This document shows positions 1 to 9,250 of a stretch of DNA of 64,000 bases, one piece after another; the first letter of the stretch is position 1, and the number at the start of each line of letters is the position of its first letter. The DNA is taken from the NCBI GenBank assembly GCA_029858565.1, contig JAOUEV010000001.1, positions 32,001 through 96,000 of the forward strand, in the 5' to 3' direction. Source of the DNA: Nitrospirota bacterium (GTDB lineage Bacteria; Nitrospirota; UBA9217). The notes beneath the pieces were generated by a model. It saw only the letters and a list, made by a program, of their open reading frames with translations, searched no databases and was not told the origin of the DNA. A program made the translations under genes and the position numbers.

Positions 1-201
1 GAACCAGAAGTGGATCCCTGCCGCAAGCAGTGCAGCGGTCAGGAGCACGAGCCAGAAGCGGGGGGAGATCTGGTAGAGGCCGTTCAGGGAAGGGAATGTC
101 AGAATGAATCCGATCGCCGCGTACAGGCACAGAAGGACCATGAAAAAGATGGCGATGCGCCAGTTCGTGCGTCGTTCGATATCAATGAAAGTGATGGGCA
201 T
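1..201 (-). CDS. 5' part of a membrane protein downstream of lemA, probably an M48/HtpX-like peptidase (runs off the window)
   Basis: Minus-strand ATG at 201 gives MPITFIDIERRTNWRIAIFFMVLLCLY...IHFWF, open to position 1, with two hydrophobic segments; LemA is commonly followed by HtpX-like genes. Confidence 0.55.
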   Translation of the reverse strand, partial: MPITFIDIERRTNWRIAIFFMVLLCLYAAIGFILTFPSLNGLYQISPRFWLVLLTAALLAAGIHFWF

Positions 202-291
202 GGAGAACCGGCAGGTGCCGGGATGCAGAATCCAGTGTCCGGGAGAGGCCGGGGATGTTCAATACGGTCGCCTCGGTCTCCCAAATCATGA

Positions 292-855
292 CTACTTGCC
301 TTTCAGGCTCAGGTTCACGCTCGGCGTGGCGCGTGCGGCCTCCTCAGCTTCAAAATATTCCTCTGGTTTGAATGAGAACAAGGAGGAAACAATGTTGTTC
401 GGGAATACCTCGATCCGGGTACGGAAGTTCGCCACCAGGTCGTTGTAAAGCTGGCGGGCGAAGGATATGCGGTTCTCCGTGGAGGTGAGCTCCTCCTGCA
501 GCTGCATGATGTTCTTGTTGCTCTTCAGGTCCGGGTAGTTCTCCATGACCGCGAACAGTTTGCCGAGCGCTTGTGTGAGCATATTCTCGGCTTCGGCCCG
601 GGAATGCGGTCCTGACGCGCCCACTGCTTTCGCGCGGGCAGAGATGACCTTTTCCAGGGTATCCTGCTCGAATTCCATGGCGCCTTTTACGGTCGCGACC
701 AGGTTTGGGATCAGGTCGTGACGCCGTTTGAGCTGCACATCGATCTGCTTCCACGATGCCTGCACATCGTTCCGCGCGGCGATCAGTCCGTTATAGATCA
801 TGACCATCCAGATGACGACTGCCGCGAGTACTCCGAGAACGATCAGTCCGACCAT
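292..855 (-). CDS. lemA: LemA family protein
   Basis: N-terminal TM helix, then YNGL...WKQIDVQLKRRHDLIPNLV and ENYPDLKSN...ENRISFARQLYN motifs; GGAGG RBS before ATG 855. Confidence 0.95.
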   Translation of the reverse strand: MVGLIVLGVLAAVVIWMVMIYNGLIAARNDVQASWKQIDVQLKRRHDLIPNLVATVKGAMEFEQDTLEKVISARAKAVGASGPHSRAEAENMLTQALGKLFAVMENYPDLKSNKNIMQLQEELTSTENRISFARQLYNDLVANFRTRIEVFPNNIVSSLFSFKPEEYFEAEEAARATPSVNLSLKGK

Positions 856-913
856 GGCCCCTCCCTGAAGCATTTCGTTGATACTAGATTATAACAGAAC
901 GGCAACTCAGGCG

Positions 914-1753
914 CTACCGGTCTACGAAGAGTTCCTGCGACGACGGGGGGAATATGCCGCGCGATTCGGCTTCCGCGATGAGCCGCCGGACCGCTGCGGT
1001 CCCTTGCTCGCCTAGGTCGAGAGAGAGGTCATTCACATACAGATCGATGTGGTTCTGCATGACCCCGGCATCCATCTCCTGACTGTGCTCTCTGCAGTAG
1101 TCGAGGACCTCGGCACGGTTCATTCTTGCATAGACCAGACTGTCCCGTATTGCCTGTTCGATACCCAGGAGTGTAGCGGCGCCAAGAGTTCTTTTTCCGA
1201 GGATGCCGCCCAGCGGGATCGGAAGGCCGGAGTAGCGCTCCCACCATTCACCGAGGTCCAGCAGCATTTCCAGGCCGTACTGCGGGTAGGTGAACCTGCT
1301 TTCATGGATAATGAGACCGGCAGCAACACGGCCCTGTGCGACTGCGTCCATGATCCGGTCAAAGGGCATGACCACGATATTCCTGATCGAGGGCTGATAC
1401 ATCCGCAGGAGCAGATAGGCTGTCGTCAGTTCTCCAGGAATGGCCAGATCGCCTTTGCCAAGGTCCGCAAGATGCGTTCCCGGACGCGCGACGATCAAGG
1501 GGCCGCAGCCTCTGCCGAGCGCTCCTCCGGAACGGAGCAGGACATACCTGTCGCGGAGATGTCCAAAGGCATGATAGGAGATCTTTGTCACGTCCAGAAC
1601 TTCTTTGCGCGCCAGATGGTTGAGCGTTTCCACGTCCTCGAGCTGTTCCTGGAAGGCCAGGCCCGGTGCCTTGACCTTGTTGTGAACGAGACCGTAGAAG
1701 ATGAAGGTGTCGTTCGGACAGGGAGAATATCCGATGGTGATGGTTCTTGTCAT
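914..1753 (-). CDS. mqnD: 1,4-dihydroxy-6-naphthoate synthase (futalosine pathway)
   Basis: GYSPCPNDTF, IIHESRFTY, PIPLGG and HIDLYVN motifs; start overlaps the mqnB stop. Confidence 0.95.
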   Translation of the reverse strand: MTRTITIGYSPCPNDTFIFYGLVHNKVKAPGLAFQEQLEDVETLNHLARKEVLDVTKISYHAFGHLRDRYVLLRSGGALGRGCGPLIVARPGTHLADLGKGDLAIPGELTTAYLLLRMYQPSIRNIVVMPFDRIMDAVAQGRVAAGLIIHESRFTYPQYGLEMLLDLGEWWERYSGLPIPLGGILGKRTLGAATLLGIEQAIRDSLVYARMNRAEVLDYCREHSQEMDAGVMQNHIDLYVNDLSLDLGEQGTAAVRRLIAEAESRGIFPPSSQELFVDR

Positions 1754-2475
1754 GGTTGCCACGATCCCAGGATATGCATGACTGCCTGCTGTGCCGCGCG
1801 GGCAGCCCGTGGTATGTCCCATCTGCTGAGATCCCGGTCCTCGACGATGTTGGAGATGCCGCGGACCTCGAGCCACGGCACATTGTGCAGTTCCGCAACC
1901 TGCGCCGCTGCCGCGCCCTCCATGTTCTCGCATAGGCCCTGATACCGTTCTTCGAGCTCACGCGCTCGTGCCGCGGTGCCCGTGCAGGTCGAAAGGGTGA
2001 TGAAGGGGCCCGCGTGCACAGTTACACTTGGCCCGCAGGACCGGAGCGCGGCGAGCGCCTGGTCCAGGACCGGGGCAGGCGCGGGGTACGTATTGAAGAT
2101 GGTCGAGTTCGTGGTCTTGAGCAGAGGGATCCCGATGAACTCTGTGTCCTTGAAACCATCATTGGTGAGCACGCCCTCATCTCCGGCGATCTCTTCCCGG
2201 GCAAGCACAACATCGCCGATCCTGGCTCCTGATGAGGGATACGCTCCACCCACGCCGAGTACGAAGAGCACGGCAGGAGCATAGCGGGTGATCATGATCG
2301 TTGCGCCATGAGCGGCATTGACCTTGCCCATTCCCGCCACACAGAGAACAACTTGTTTGCCCGCAAGCATTCCTTCAAAGACTGTCGTGGTGCCAATGGT
2401 CACTCTGTTGACGTTTTCCATGGACTGCCGGAGGATATCGGCTTCTGCATCAACGGAAGTGAGCAGCGCTATCAT
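1750..2475 (-). CDS. mqnB: Futalosine hydrolase (MTAN/PNP family)
   Basis: GMGKVNAA, GVGGAY, ENMEGAAAAQ and EVRGISN motifs; adjacent to mqnD. Confidence 0.9.
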   Translation of the reverse strand: MIALLTSVDAEADILRQSMENVNRVTIGTTTVFEGMLAGKQVVLCVAGMGKVNAAHGATIMITRYAPAVLFVLGVGGAYPSSGARIGDVVLAREEIAGDEGVLTNDGFKDTEFIGIPLLKTTNSTIFNTYPAPAPVLDQALAALRSCGPSVTVHAGPFITLSTCTGTAARARELEERYQGLCENMEGAAAAQVAELHNVPWLEVRGISNIVEDRDLSRWDIPRAARAAQQAVMHILGSWQP

Positions 2476-2644
2476 GGGACTCCCTGAATATTTTCTGCGT
2501 TAATATTATTCGGAAAATTTATCGGGTCAGCAGAAGGAACAATGAACCTGCTGTAACCATGTATAAATTGCATTATAATTCAATATGTTAAATGGTTAAT
2601 TTTTTTAGGTCAATAAAATTATTCGGACTATACCATACTTTTCA

Positions 2645-2673
2645 TTGCACTTCTACGAGAAATTTGCTATGAT
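2645..2673 (+). promoter_or_regulatory. Sigma70-like promoter for the aro operon
   Basis: TTGCAC-17 bp-TATGAT with TG extended -10, in an AT-rich divergent intergenic region. Confidence 0.6.
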
Positions 2674-2794
2674 AGGCCGGATTTCTACAGATTTTCCGAT
2701 GGTTACGATATTCGACGTAGAATCATGCAGTGAGTATTAATGTTGAACTTATTGTAATTATTGATATTTATTTTTTCTATAGAAAGGGGCTACG

Positions 2795-3991
2795 ATGTTA
2801 CGGTATTTGACCGCTGGTGAATCACACGGTGAACTTCTGCTCGGTATCCTCGAGGGAATGCCTGCCGGTCTTTTGATACGCACGACGGATATTGACAATG
2901 ATCTGGGCCGCCGCCAGATGGGCTATGGCCGTGGCGGCAGAATGAAGATCGAGAAGGACATGGTCAAGATATACACCGGAGTCCGCTGGGGTAAGACCAT
3001 GGGCGGGCCGATCGGACTATCGGTCAGGAACAAGGACTGGGACAACTGGCGCGCCAAGATGTCGCCGGACCCGGCATTCCTGAACAACGCTGACCCAGTG
3101 ACGCGGCCGCGGCCTGGCCACGCCGACCTGGCCGGCGTGCTGAAATACGGCATGACCGATGTTCGGAACATTCTGGAACGTTCCAGCGCGCGGGAGACTG
3201 CCATGCGGGTCGCCGTGGGCGCCCTGTGCAAGCGGCTTCTCGACGAGTTCGGGATCAGCATCGTGAGCCATGTCATCGACATTGGCGGCGTCTATGCCAA
3301 GGTGGGAAGCATGTCCAGCCAGGAGATAAAACGGAAGACCGAGAACTCCGAACTGCGGTGCGCTGATTACGAGGCGGAAAAGCGGATGAAGCGCAAGATC
3401 GATGAGGCCCAGGCCGCAGGCGATTCCCTGGGAGGTATTTTCGAGGTCGTTGTGTCCGGAACTCCCGTGGGTCTCGGCAGCCATGTGCACTGGGACCGGA
3501 AACTGGACGCCCGGCTTGCCATGGCGCTCATGAGCATCCAGGCAATGAAGGGCGTCGAAGTCGGATCGGGTTTCGGCGTGGCGAACAAGCCGGGGTCGCA
3601 GGTCCACGACGAGATATTCTGGACGCCCAAGAGCGGTTTCTTTCGCAAGACCAACAATGCCGGCGGGATCGAGGGAGGCATGAGCAACGGCGAGGTCATC
3701 ATCCTCCGCGCGGCCATGAAGCCGATCCCCACCCTGATGAAACCCCTGCGTTCCGTGGACCTGGAGACCAAAAAACCCTTCAAGGCGAGCGTGGAGCGTT
3801 CGGACGTCTGTGCCGTTCCCGCGGCAGCGGTAGTAGGTGAGGCCGTGGTAGCATTCGAACTGGCCGCCGCCATGATCGAGAAGTTCGGCGGGGACAGCAT
3901 GGATGAAATGAAGCGGAACTTCGAGGAATACCAGAAGCACATCAAGTTCCGGATGGGTGTGGAGGATGCCCCTGACGCGGGGACACGGTGA
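2795..3991 (+). CDS. aroC: Chorismate synthase
   Basis: [26 protein letters not shown] and ERSDVC motifs. Confidence 0.98.
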   Translation: MLRYLTAGESHGELLLGILEGMPAGLLIRTTDIDNDLGRRQMGYGRGGRMKIEKDMVKIYTGVRWGKTMGGPIGLSVRNKDWDNWRAKMSPDPAFLNNADPVTRPRPGHADLAGVLKYGMTDVRNILERSSARETAMRVAVGALCKRLLDEFGISIVSHVIDIGGVYAKVGSMSSQEIKRKTENSELRCADYEAEKRMKRKIDEAQAAGDSLGGIFEVVVSGTPVGLGSHVHWDRKLDARLAMALMSIQAMKGVEVGSGFGVANKPGSQVHDEIFWTPKSGFFRKTNNAGGIEGGMSNGEVIILRAAMKPIPTLMKPLRSVDLETKKPFKASVERSDVCAVPAAAVVGEAVVAFELAAAMIEKFGGDSMDEMKRNFEEYQKHIKFRMGVEDAPDAGTR

Positions 3992-4004
3992 CGCGGGGAC
4001 ACGG
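3973..4004 (+). repeat. Perfect 16-bp tandem duplication TGACGCGGGGACACGG x2 at the aroC/aroK junction
   Basis: Copies at 3973-3988 and 3989-4004; the second supplies the aroC stop codon. Confidence 0.9.
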
Positions 4005-4007
4005 GGC

Positions 4008-4523
4008 ATGTTCAAGAATATCATCCTCACCGGATTCATGGGCGTCGGCAAAACGAGCGTAGGCACGAGGCTGGCAAAGGACCTCGGATTTACATTTATC
4101 GATACCGACAGCCTCATTGAAGCCGACCAGAAGATCTCGATCACCGAGATATTCTCCTCTTTTGGCGAACCCTACTTCCGCGACGTGGAGACCCGCATCA
4201 TCGGCCAGGTGCTCGAGAACGAGAATCAGGTCGTGTCGACCGGCGGCGGGGCCGTGATCCGCGAGGAGAACCGGGCTGCTTTCAAGGAGAAGGGCATGAC
4301 GGTCTGTCTCATGGCGCGGCCTGAGGTGATCTACGACCGCATCAAGCATGAGACGCACCGGCCGCTCCTGCAGGTGGCCGAACCCCTGGCAAAGATCCGC
4401 GAGCTCCTGGCGACCCGGGAGCCATTCTATCGCCAGGCTGATATCATCATCGACACCTCGGACAAGACCGTGGATGGGGTGATCGCCGAGATCCGGGGAA
4501 AGGTCCGGTATGCATGTTGTTAA
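4008..4523 (+). CDS. aroK: Shikimate kinase
   Basis: GFMGVGKT P-loop, GEPYFR, STGGG and RPLL motifs. Confidence 0.97.
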   Translation: MFKNIILTGFMGVGKTSVGTRLAKDLGFTFIDTDSLIEADQKISITEIFSSFGEPYFRDVETRIIGQVLENENQVVSTGGGAVIREENRAAFKEKGMTVCLMARPEVIYDRIKHETHRPLLQVAEPLAKIRELLATREPFYRQADIIIDTSDKTVDGVIAEIRGKVRYACC

Positions 4524-5592
4524 AGTCGCGCTGGGCGACCGCAGCTACGATATACTGATCAACGCGAAGCTCGACGACCTGGGCGGCCAGATGGAGAATC
4601 TCCGGCTGGGCCGCAAAGCAGCCCTGGTGACCAATCCCACGGTGAACCGCCTCTACGGCAAACGCGCGCTCGCCAGTATCACCGCAAAGCAGTTCATCGC
4701 CATGCCCATCGAGATCCCCGACGGGGAGCAGTACAAGAACCTCGACTGGGCCAATGCCATCTATACCGCGCTGCTCCTCAACGCTTTTGACCGCCGGTCG
4801 CCGCTGGTCGCGCTGGGCGGAGGGGTCATTGGAGACCTCACGGGATTCGCCGCGGCCACATACATGCGCGGGATCCCCTTCATCCAGGTGCCGACCACGC
4901 TCCTCGCCATGGTGGACAGCAGCGTTGGCGGCAAGACCGGAGTGAACCACGCCATGGGCAAGAACATGATCGGCGCGTTCTATCAGCCCCGGCTTGTGCT
5001 CATGGACCTGGAAGTGCTGAAGACCCTGCCGAAGGAAGAGTTCCTTTCGGGCATGGCCGAGGTGATCAAGTATGGCGTTATCTGGGACCGGGAGCTGTTC
5101 GACTATCTTGAGAAGAACCGCGAGAAGATCCTTGCCCTGGAACAGGGTGCGCTCAGCCACATCATCAGCCGCTCCTGCGAGATCAAGGCGGAGGTCGTGA
5201 GCAAGGACGAGCGCGAGGGCGGGCTCCGCGCCATCCTGAACTTCGGCCACACCGTGGGCCACGCTGCCGAGACCCTGGAGAACTACACCATGCGCCATGG
5301 TGAGGCCGTTGCCATCGGCATGGTCTACGCGTCCCGGTTCGGCCACCGTCTCGGGCTCTGCGACGCGAAGACCGCTGAGCGGACCGAACAGCTCATCGCC
5401 GCGTATGGCTTGCCGACCGGTCTGTCGGCTCTCAAGAAGCGTCCCACGGTCACCCAGCTCCTGGACACCATGCTCGTGGACAAGAAATCCGAGGGAGGCA
5501 CGATCAAGTTCGTGCTGCCGAAGAAGATCGGCGAGGTCGTGCTCACCAGGGAGTGGGATGAGAAGACGCTTCGAGAACTGCTTGCGGAGTGA
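4510..5592 (+). CDS. aroB: 3-dehydroquinate synthase
   Basis: GGGVIGD, PTTLLAMVDSSVGGKTGVN and LNFGHTVGHA motifs. Confidence 0.98.
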   Translation: MHVVKVALGDRSYDILINAKLDDLGGQMENLRLGRKAALVTNPTVNRLYGKRALASITAKQFIAMPIEIPDGEQYKNLDWANAIYTALLLNAFDRRSPLVALGGGVIGDLTGFAAATYMRGIPFIQVPTTLLAMVDSSVGGKTGVNHAMGKNMIGAFYQPRLVLMDLEVLKTLPKEEFLSGMAEVIKYGVIWDRELFDYLEKNREKILALEQGALSHIISRSCEIKAEVVSKDEREGGLRAILNFGHTVGHAAETLENYTMRHGEAVAIGMVYASRFGHRLGLCDAKTAERTEQLIAAYGLPTGLSALKKRPTVTQLLDTMLVDKKSEGGTIKFVLPKKIGEVVLTREWDEKTLRELLAE

Positions 5593-5613
5593 AGAGCGGA
5601 ATAGGGGGGCATC

Positions 5614-6312
5614 GTGAGCGAATATCTCTGGCACTGCCCGTTCTGCGATACCGATCAGATCGTTTCCTCAGAGGGCATGCAGGCATCCTTTTCCGACCTG
5701 ACCGCGGAAAATGCCGAAGGGCCGCGCAGGCTCGTGGTCAAGTTCGTTGTCTGTCCCAATCCCAAGTGCAGGCAATTCGCCCTTGATGCATCGCTGCATC
5801 TTCTGACCATCTCCGGGAACAGGGGGTACACGGGAAAACACCTCAAGACCTGGAACCTCGTCCCGCCTTCGCGTGCCCGCACCTTTCCTGTTTCGATACC
5901 CCGTGCAGTGCTGGAAGATTACCGCGAGGCTTGTCTGGTCGCTGAAACGAGCCCCAAGGCCGCGTCCGCATTGGCGCGGCGATGCCTGTCGGGCATGCTG
6001 CGGGACTTCTGGAGCGTGCAGCCCGGGAGTCTGAGCGACGAGTTCCGGCAGGTCAAAGGGACCGCGGATCCGCTCACCTGGGAAGCCGTCGAATCCGTGC
6101 GGAATACCGGCCTTATCGGACCGCGCATGGAGAGCGAAGGGGCTGAGATCCAGGACTCGGAGCCAGGCGAGTCGCAGCTCCTGATCGGTTTGATCGAGAC
6201 GCTTATCCATGACTGGTATGTCAACCGGGATGTACGGCGAAAACGACTGGCTGAGATCAAACAAATAGCGGAAACAGGAAGGTCGGAACCGGCTGTACCA
6301 TCGGCAGAGTGA
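5614..6312 (+). CDS. DUF4145 (HEPN-like) domain protein with N-terminal Zn-ribbon
   Basis: CPFC and CPNPKC; EDYREAC...SPKAASALARRCL typical of DUF4145; GTG start after a GGGGG RBS. Confidence 0.75.
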   Translation: MSEYLWHCPFCDTDQIVSSEGMQASFSDLTAENAEGPRRLVVKFVVCPNPKCRQFALDASLHLLTISGNRGYTGKHLKTWNLVPPSRARTFPVSIPRAVLEDYREACLVAETSPKAASALARRCLSGMLRDFWSVQPGSLSDEFRQVKGTADPLTWEAVESVRNTGLIGPRMESEGAEIQDSEPGESQLLIGLIETLIHDWYVNRDVRRKRLAEIKQIAETGRSEPAVPSAE

Positions 6313-6509
6313 CGATCGTTATGAAGATTGGTCCACTGATATTCTTGACCGCCATACTCGCTGGTACATTTCTTGGCTGCGCTTACAAGGAGTACGACCC
6401 TGCCCATCCCCGGGAATATGGCGATTTCTGGTCGGACGAAGATAACAGAAGAAACAGCGCCGCCTATCCGTTTACGAACGAGTATCGGGAGCAGCGCAGG
6501 GATCGATAA
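6309..6509 (+). CDS. Small putative lipoprotein
   Basis: Hydrophobic signal peptide with LGC lipobox; overlaps the upstream stop. Confidence 0.55.
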   Translation: MTIVMKIGPLIFLTAILAGTFLGCAYKEYDPAHPREYGDFWSDEDNRRNSAAYPFTNEYREQRRDR

Positions 6510-6562
6510 CATCTATCATCGGCATAAGAACCGAGGAAAATATGCCGGCTAGTGAAAAGAAT

Positions 6563-6604
6563 AAAAAAGGGGGATGGACATAATGTCCATCCCCCTTGCT
6601 TTTT
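6563..6604. terminator. Bidirectional intrinsic terminator
   Basis: 14-bp stem AAGGGGGATGGACA-taa-TGTCCATCCCCCTT flanked by A and T runs, between convergent genes. Confidence 0.9.
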
Positions 6605-6619
6605 CAGCAGTTCGATCTG

Positions 6620-7855
6620 CTACTTCGCCGAAGACGTATGCTTCTCGGCGCGGAGCTTGGCGGCCTCATCCTTGATCTTCTGGAGCGTTTCCTTCATGGG
6701 CGCCCAGCCGTACCAGTGCATGTAGTCCGGGTTCATGTGGAACGCTCCCTGGAAGGCGCGCATCCGGTATTCCAGGAACATGACGTAGAGGTCCTGCTCC
6801 ACGCTGCTCTTGGCTTCGTAGAACTGCAGAAGGTCGGGGGCTACGGCCCAGTCCGCGGGCTTCTTGAGCACGCCGTCCTTGTACAGAGCCTGCACCACGC
6901 GGACGGCTTCAGCCATGATCTTATCCGCTTCCTTTACCACCAGGTCCGCCTCATCCAACTGCTTCTTCGCGTAGGACGCGCCATGGCAGTTAGCGCAGAC
7001 CTTGGTCATCTTGTCGCGCTCGGCCTGGAACTCCTCGGCAGTGAGACGGGCGACCTTGCCCGCCTTCACCAGTTCAAGCCGCGCGGTGGGTTTGCCAGCT
7101 TCATCCAATACGCCCAGTGCCTGCAGGATCGCGACACGATCGTTCATCCAGTCCTTGTCGTTCTCCGGCAGCCGAAGGGCCAGGAAACCCCAGGAGGTCA
7201 TCACATTATGGTCGCCGCCGCTCATGTGGCAGGTCTGGCACGTGGGGCCGCGCTTGCTGTCCTTGCCTTCGATCGACCAGATGACGCCGTGCTTGGACGA
7301 AGACCACATCTCCCACTGGGGGTGGTCGAAGCCCATGTGGCAGGTCTGGCAGGCCCGCGGGTCCTGGGCCTCGGACTTCTTGAACGAATGCCGGGTGTGG
7401 CAGGAATCGCACTGTGCGTGACCGTAACGGATCTGCGACTTCTCCGCGTCCGACTTGACGCCGATCTTGTGGCAGCTTGAACAGCCTTTGTAGCCCTCAC
7501 CGGAAACAGCCTTGGGCTGGTGGCCCATCATGGGCATGGAGCTCGATGCTACCCACGCAAGGTTGTGCTTGCCTGCTGAGAACTGGTCAGCCTGCTTCTT
7601 GTGGCAGTTGGCACAGGTTGCGGGGGTCGGCATCTTGGCCAGCTTTGCATCGGTCATCGTTTTGTGGTCTGAACCGTGGCAGGCCGAGCAGTCGATGCCC
7701 TTCTTGCCCATCTTGCCCTCGAAGTGCTGCTGCACCACGCCGGGAGTCACTTTCTCGTGGCACTCCACGCAAGCGCTCTTTCTGGGAGCGGACCACGCCG
7801 CGGTGCTGATGAGAACAGCACAGCTCACTAGGAACAGAACTTTCAGAAACTTCAT
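6620..7855 (-). CDS. Periplasmic octaheme cytochrome c, hydroxylamine oxidoreductase (HAO)-like
   Basis: Signal peptide, eight CxxCH motifs, CHTRHSF, GFDHPQWEMW and C-terminal HMNPDYMHWYGW; AGGAGG RBS. Confidence 0.9.
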   Translation of the reverse strand: MKFLKVLFLVSCAVLISTAAWSAPRKSACVECHEKVTPGVVQQHFEGKMGKKGIDCSACHGSDHKTMTDAKLAKMPTPATCANCHKKQADQFSAGKHNLAWVASSSMPMMGHQPKAVSGEGYKGCSSCHKIGVKSDAEKSQIRYGHAQCDSCHTRHSFKKSEAQDPRACQTCHMGFDHPQWEMWSSSKHGVIWSIEGKDSKRGPTCQTCHMSGGDHNVMTSWGFLALRLPENDKDWMNDRVAILQALGVLDEAGKPTARLELVKAGKVARLTAEEFQAERDKMTKVCANCHGASYAKKQLDEADLVVKEADKIMAEAVRVVQALYKDGVLKKPADWAVAPDLLQFYEAKSSVEQDLYVMFLEYRMRAFQGAFHMNPDYMHWYGWAPMKETLQKIKDEAAKLRAEKHTSSAK

Positions 7856-7931
7856 GCAGATTTCCTCCTTGGGATGGAATAATTGCAATTTGAGAAGTCC
7901 TCGCACCCTAGCTTAACCGTAGCCTGATTGA

Positions 7932-7947
7932 TATGATCTATATCATA
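7932..7947. promoter_or_regulatory. Crp/Fnr-type palindrome upstream of the HAO-like gene
   Basis: Perfect inverted repeat TATGAT-CTAT-ATCATA resembling TTGAT-N4-ATCAA. Confidence 0.55.
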
Positions 7948-8067
7948 GTTCCGCGACAAGTGCAGGGCGGGCCGGCTGGCGTCTTGAAAAAGCAGAGTCA
8001 TAGTAGTAGGTTACAGCTCATTCGCCTAATCCGGACAAGCCTGAATTGAACCTTAACTTAATCCACC

Positions 8068-8949
8068 ATGCCGCCAACTTGGGTACTCCTCTCACTCTTA
8101 AGCGCTTTCTGTCTTGCCACGAGCGATGCGCTGACCAAACGGGTCATCACGCATGAGAACGAATATATCATCGGCTGGTTCCGGATCCTTTTCGGGATCC
8201 CCGCGCTTTTTGCCGCTCTGATGCTTTCGGGCCCTCTTCCGCTGATCGACGGGCCTTTTCTCTGGTCCTTTGCGGCGGCCCTTCCTCTTGAGATTGCAGC
8301 AATCCTGCTCTATTACAAGGCGCTTCGTCTTTCGCCGCTCAGTCTTTCCTTGCCGTTCCTTTCCTTCACTCCGGTCTTCCTGATCTTGCTGTCCTTTGTC
8401 CTCGTCGGCCAGAGGGTCTCTCCCCTGGGCGCTCTGGGCATCGCCTTGATCGGACTGGGAGGGTACACGCTGAACCTGTCAGCGTTGCGCTCCGGCTTTC
8501 TGGAACCTTTCCGTGCGGTTGCCCGTGAGCGGGGATCGCTCTATATGCTGATCATCGCGCTGATCTACAGCGTCACCTCGGCGCTCGGAAAGATCGGCGT
8601 GGACCATTCATCGCCCGCGTTCTTCGGATTCACCTACTTCCTGGCGCTTGCGGTCTGCATGCTGCCGATCCTTGTTCGTCAGTGCGGCAGAGAACGGCTG
8701 GTTCCCCTTCTGAAGAGCACTACCCGGATAGCGCTGCTGCCCGCGCTGTTCGACGTCATGGCCACGGTGGCCCATTTCTACGCCGTCAGCATGGCCAACG
8801 TGGCCTATATGATCGCGGTCAAGCGGAGCAGCCTGCTGATCGGGACGATCTATGGCTTCGTGTTGTTCCGGGAAATGAATATACGCGAGCGGCTGGTCGG
8901 TGCTGCGCTCATGTTCGCGGGCTTTGTCGTGGTGGTGATCGGGGGGTAA
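8068..8949 (+). CDS. EamA/DMT family transporter
   Basis: About 10 TM helices in two repeats; ALRLSPLSL...SFTPVF and YMIAVKR motifs. Confidence 0.9.
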   Translation: MPPTWVLLSLLSAFCLATSDALTKRVITHENEYIIGWFRILFGIPALFAALMLSGPLPLIDGPFLWSFAAALPLEIAAILLYYKALRLSPLSLSLPFLSFTPVFLILLSFVLVGQRVSPLGALGIALIGLGGYTLNLSALRSGFLEPFRAVARERGSLYMLIIALIYSVTSALGKIGVDHSSPAFFGFTYFLALAVCMLPILVRQCGRERLVPLLKSTTRIALLPALFDVMATVAHFYAVSMANVAYMIAVKRSSLLIGTIYGFVLFREMNIRERLVGAALMFAGFVVVVIGG

Positions 8950-9250
8950 TCGGGGATTTTCAGCACAATCTCGCTGCTTGCTCTTTTTCTGGCTTATAGG
9001 AGGAGCATCCTCGTGGCAGGTCTATAAGGGTTGACTGGCCGTTCGCAGCACCTCTGCGGTTCCATGAGTTGTTATAACGTGTCCCTGCCCGCTGCACAGT
9101 GAGTCTCAGCCTCTCAATGCTGCTCGTTTCCATCGCCCCTTATTTCTTCCTCCTCAGTGCGCCTCCTTTTTCTGATACAATTACGTTCATAGGTTGCATA
9201 TACCGCTGCATGCAAAAAGCGTCCTGCAACAAAATGAACAGGAGGATACC

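Noticed and set aside
55-70. Possible frameshift at the G run in the first ORF
   Set aside because: Six Gs keep the frame open (QISPRFW)
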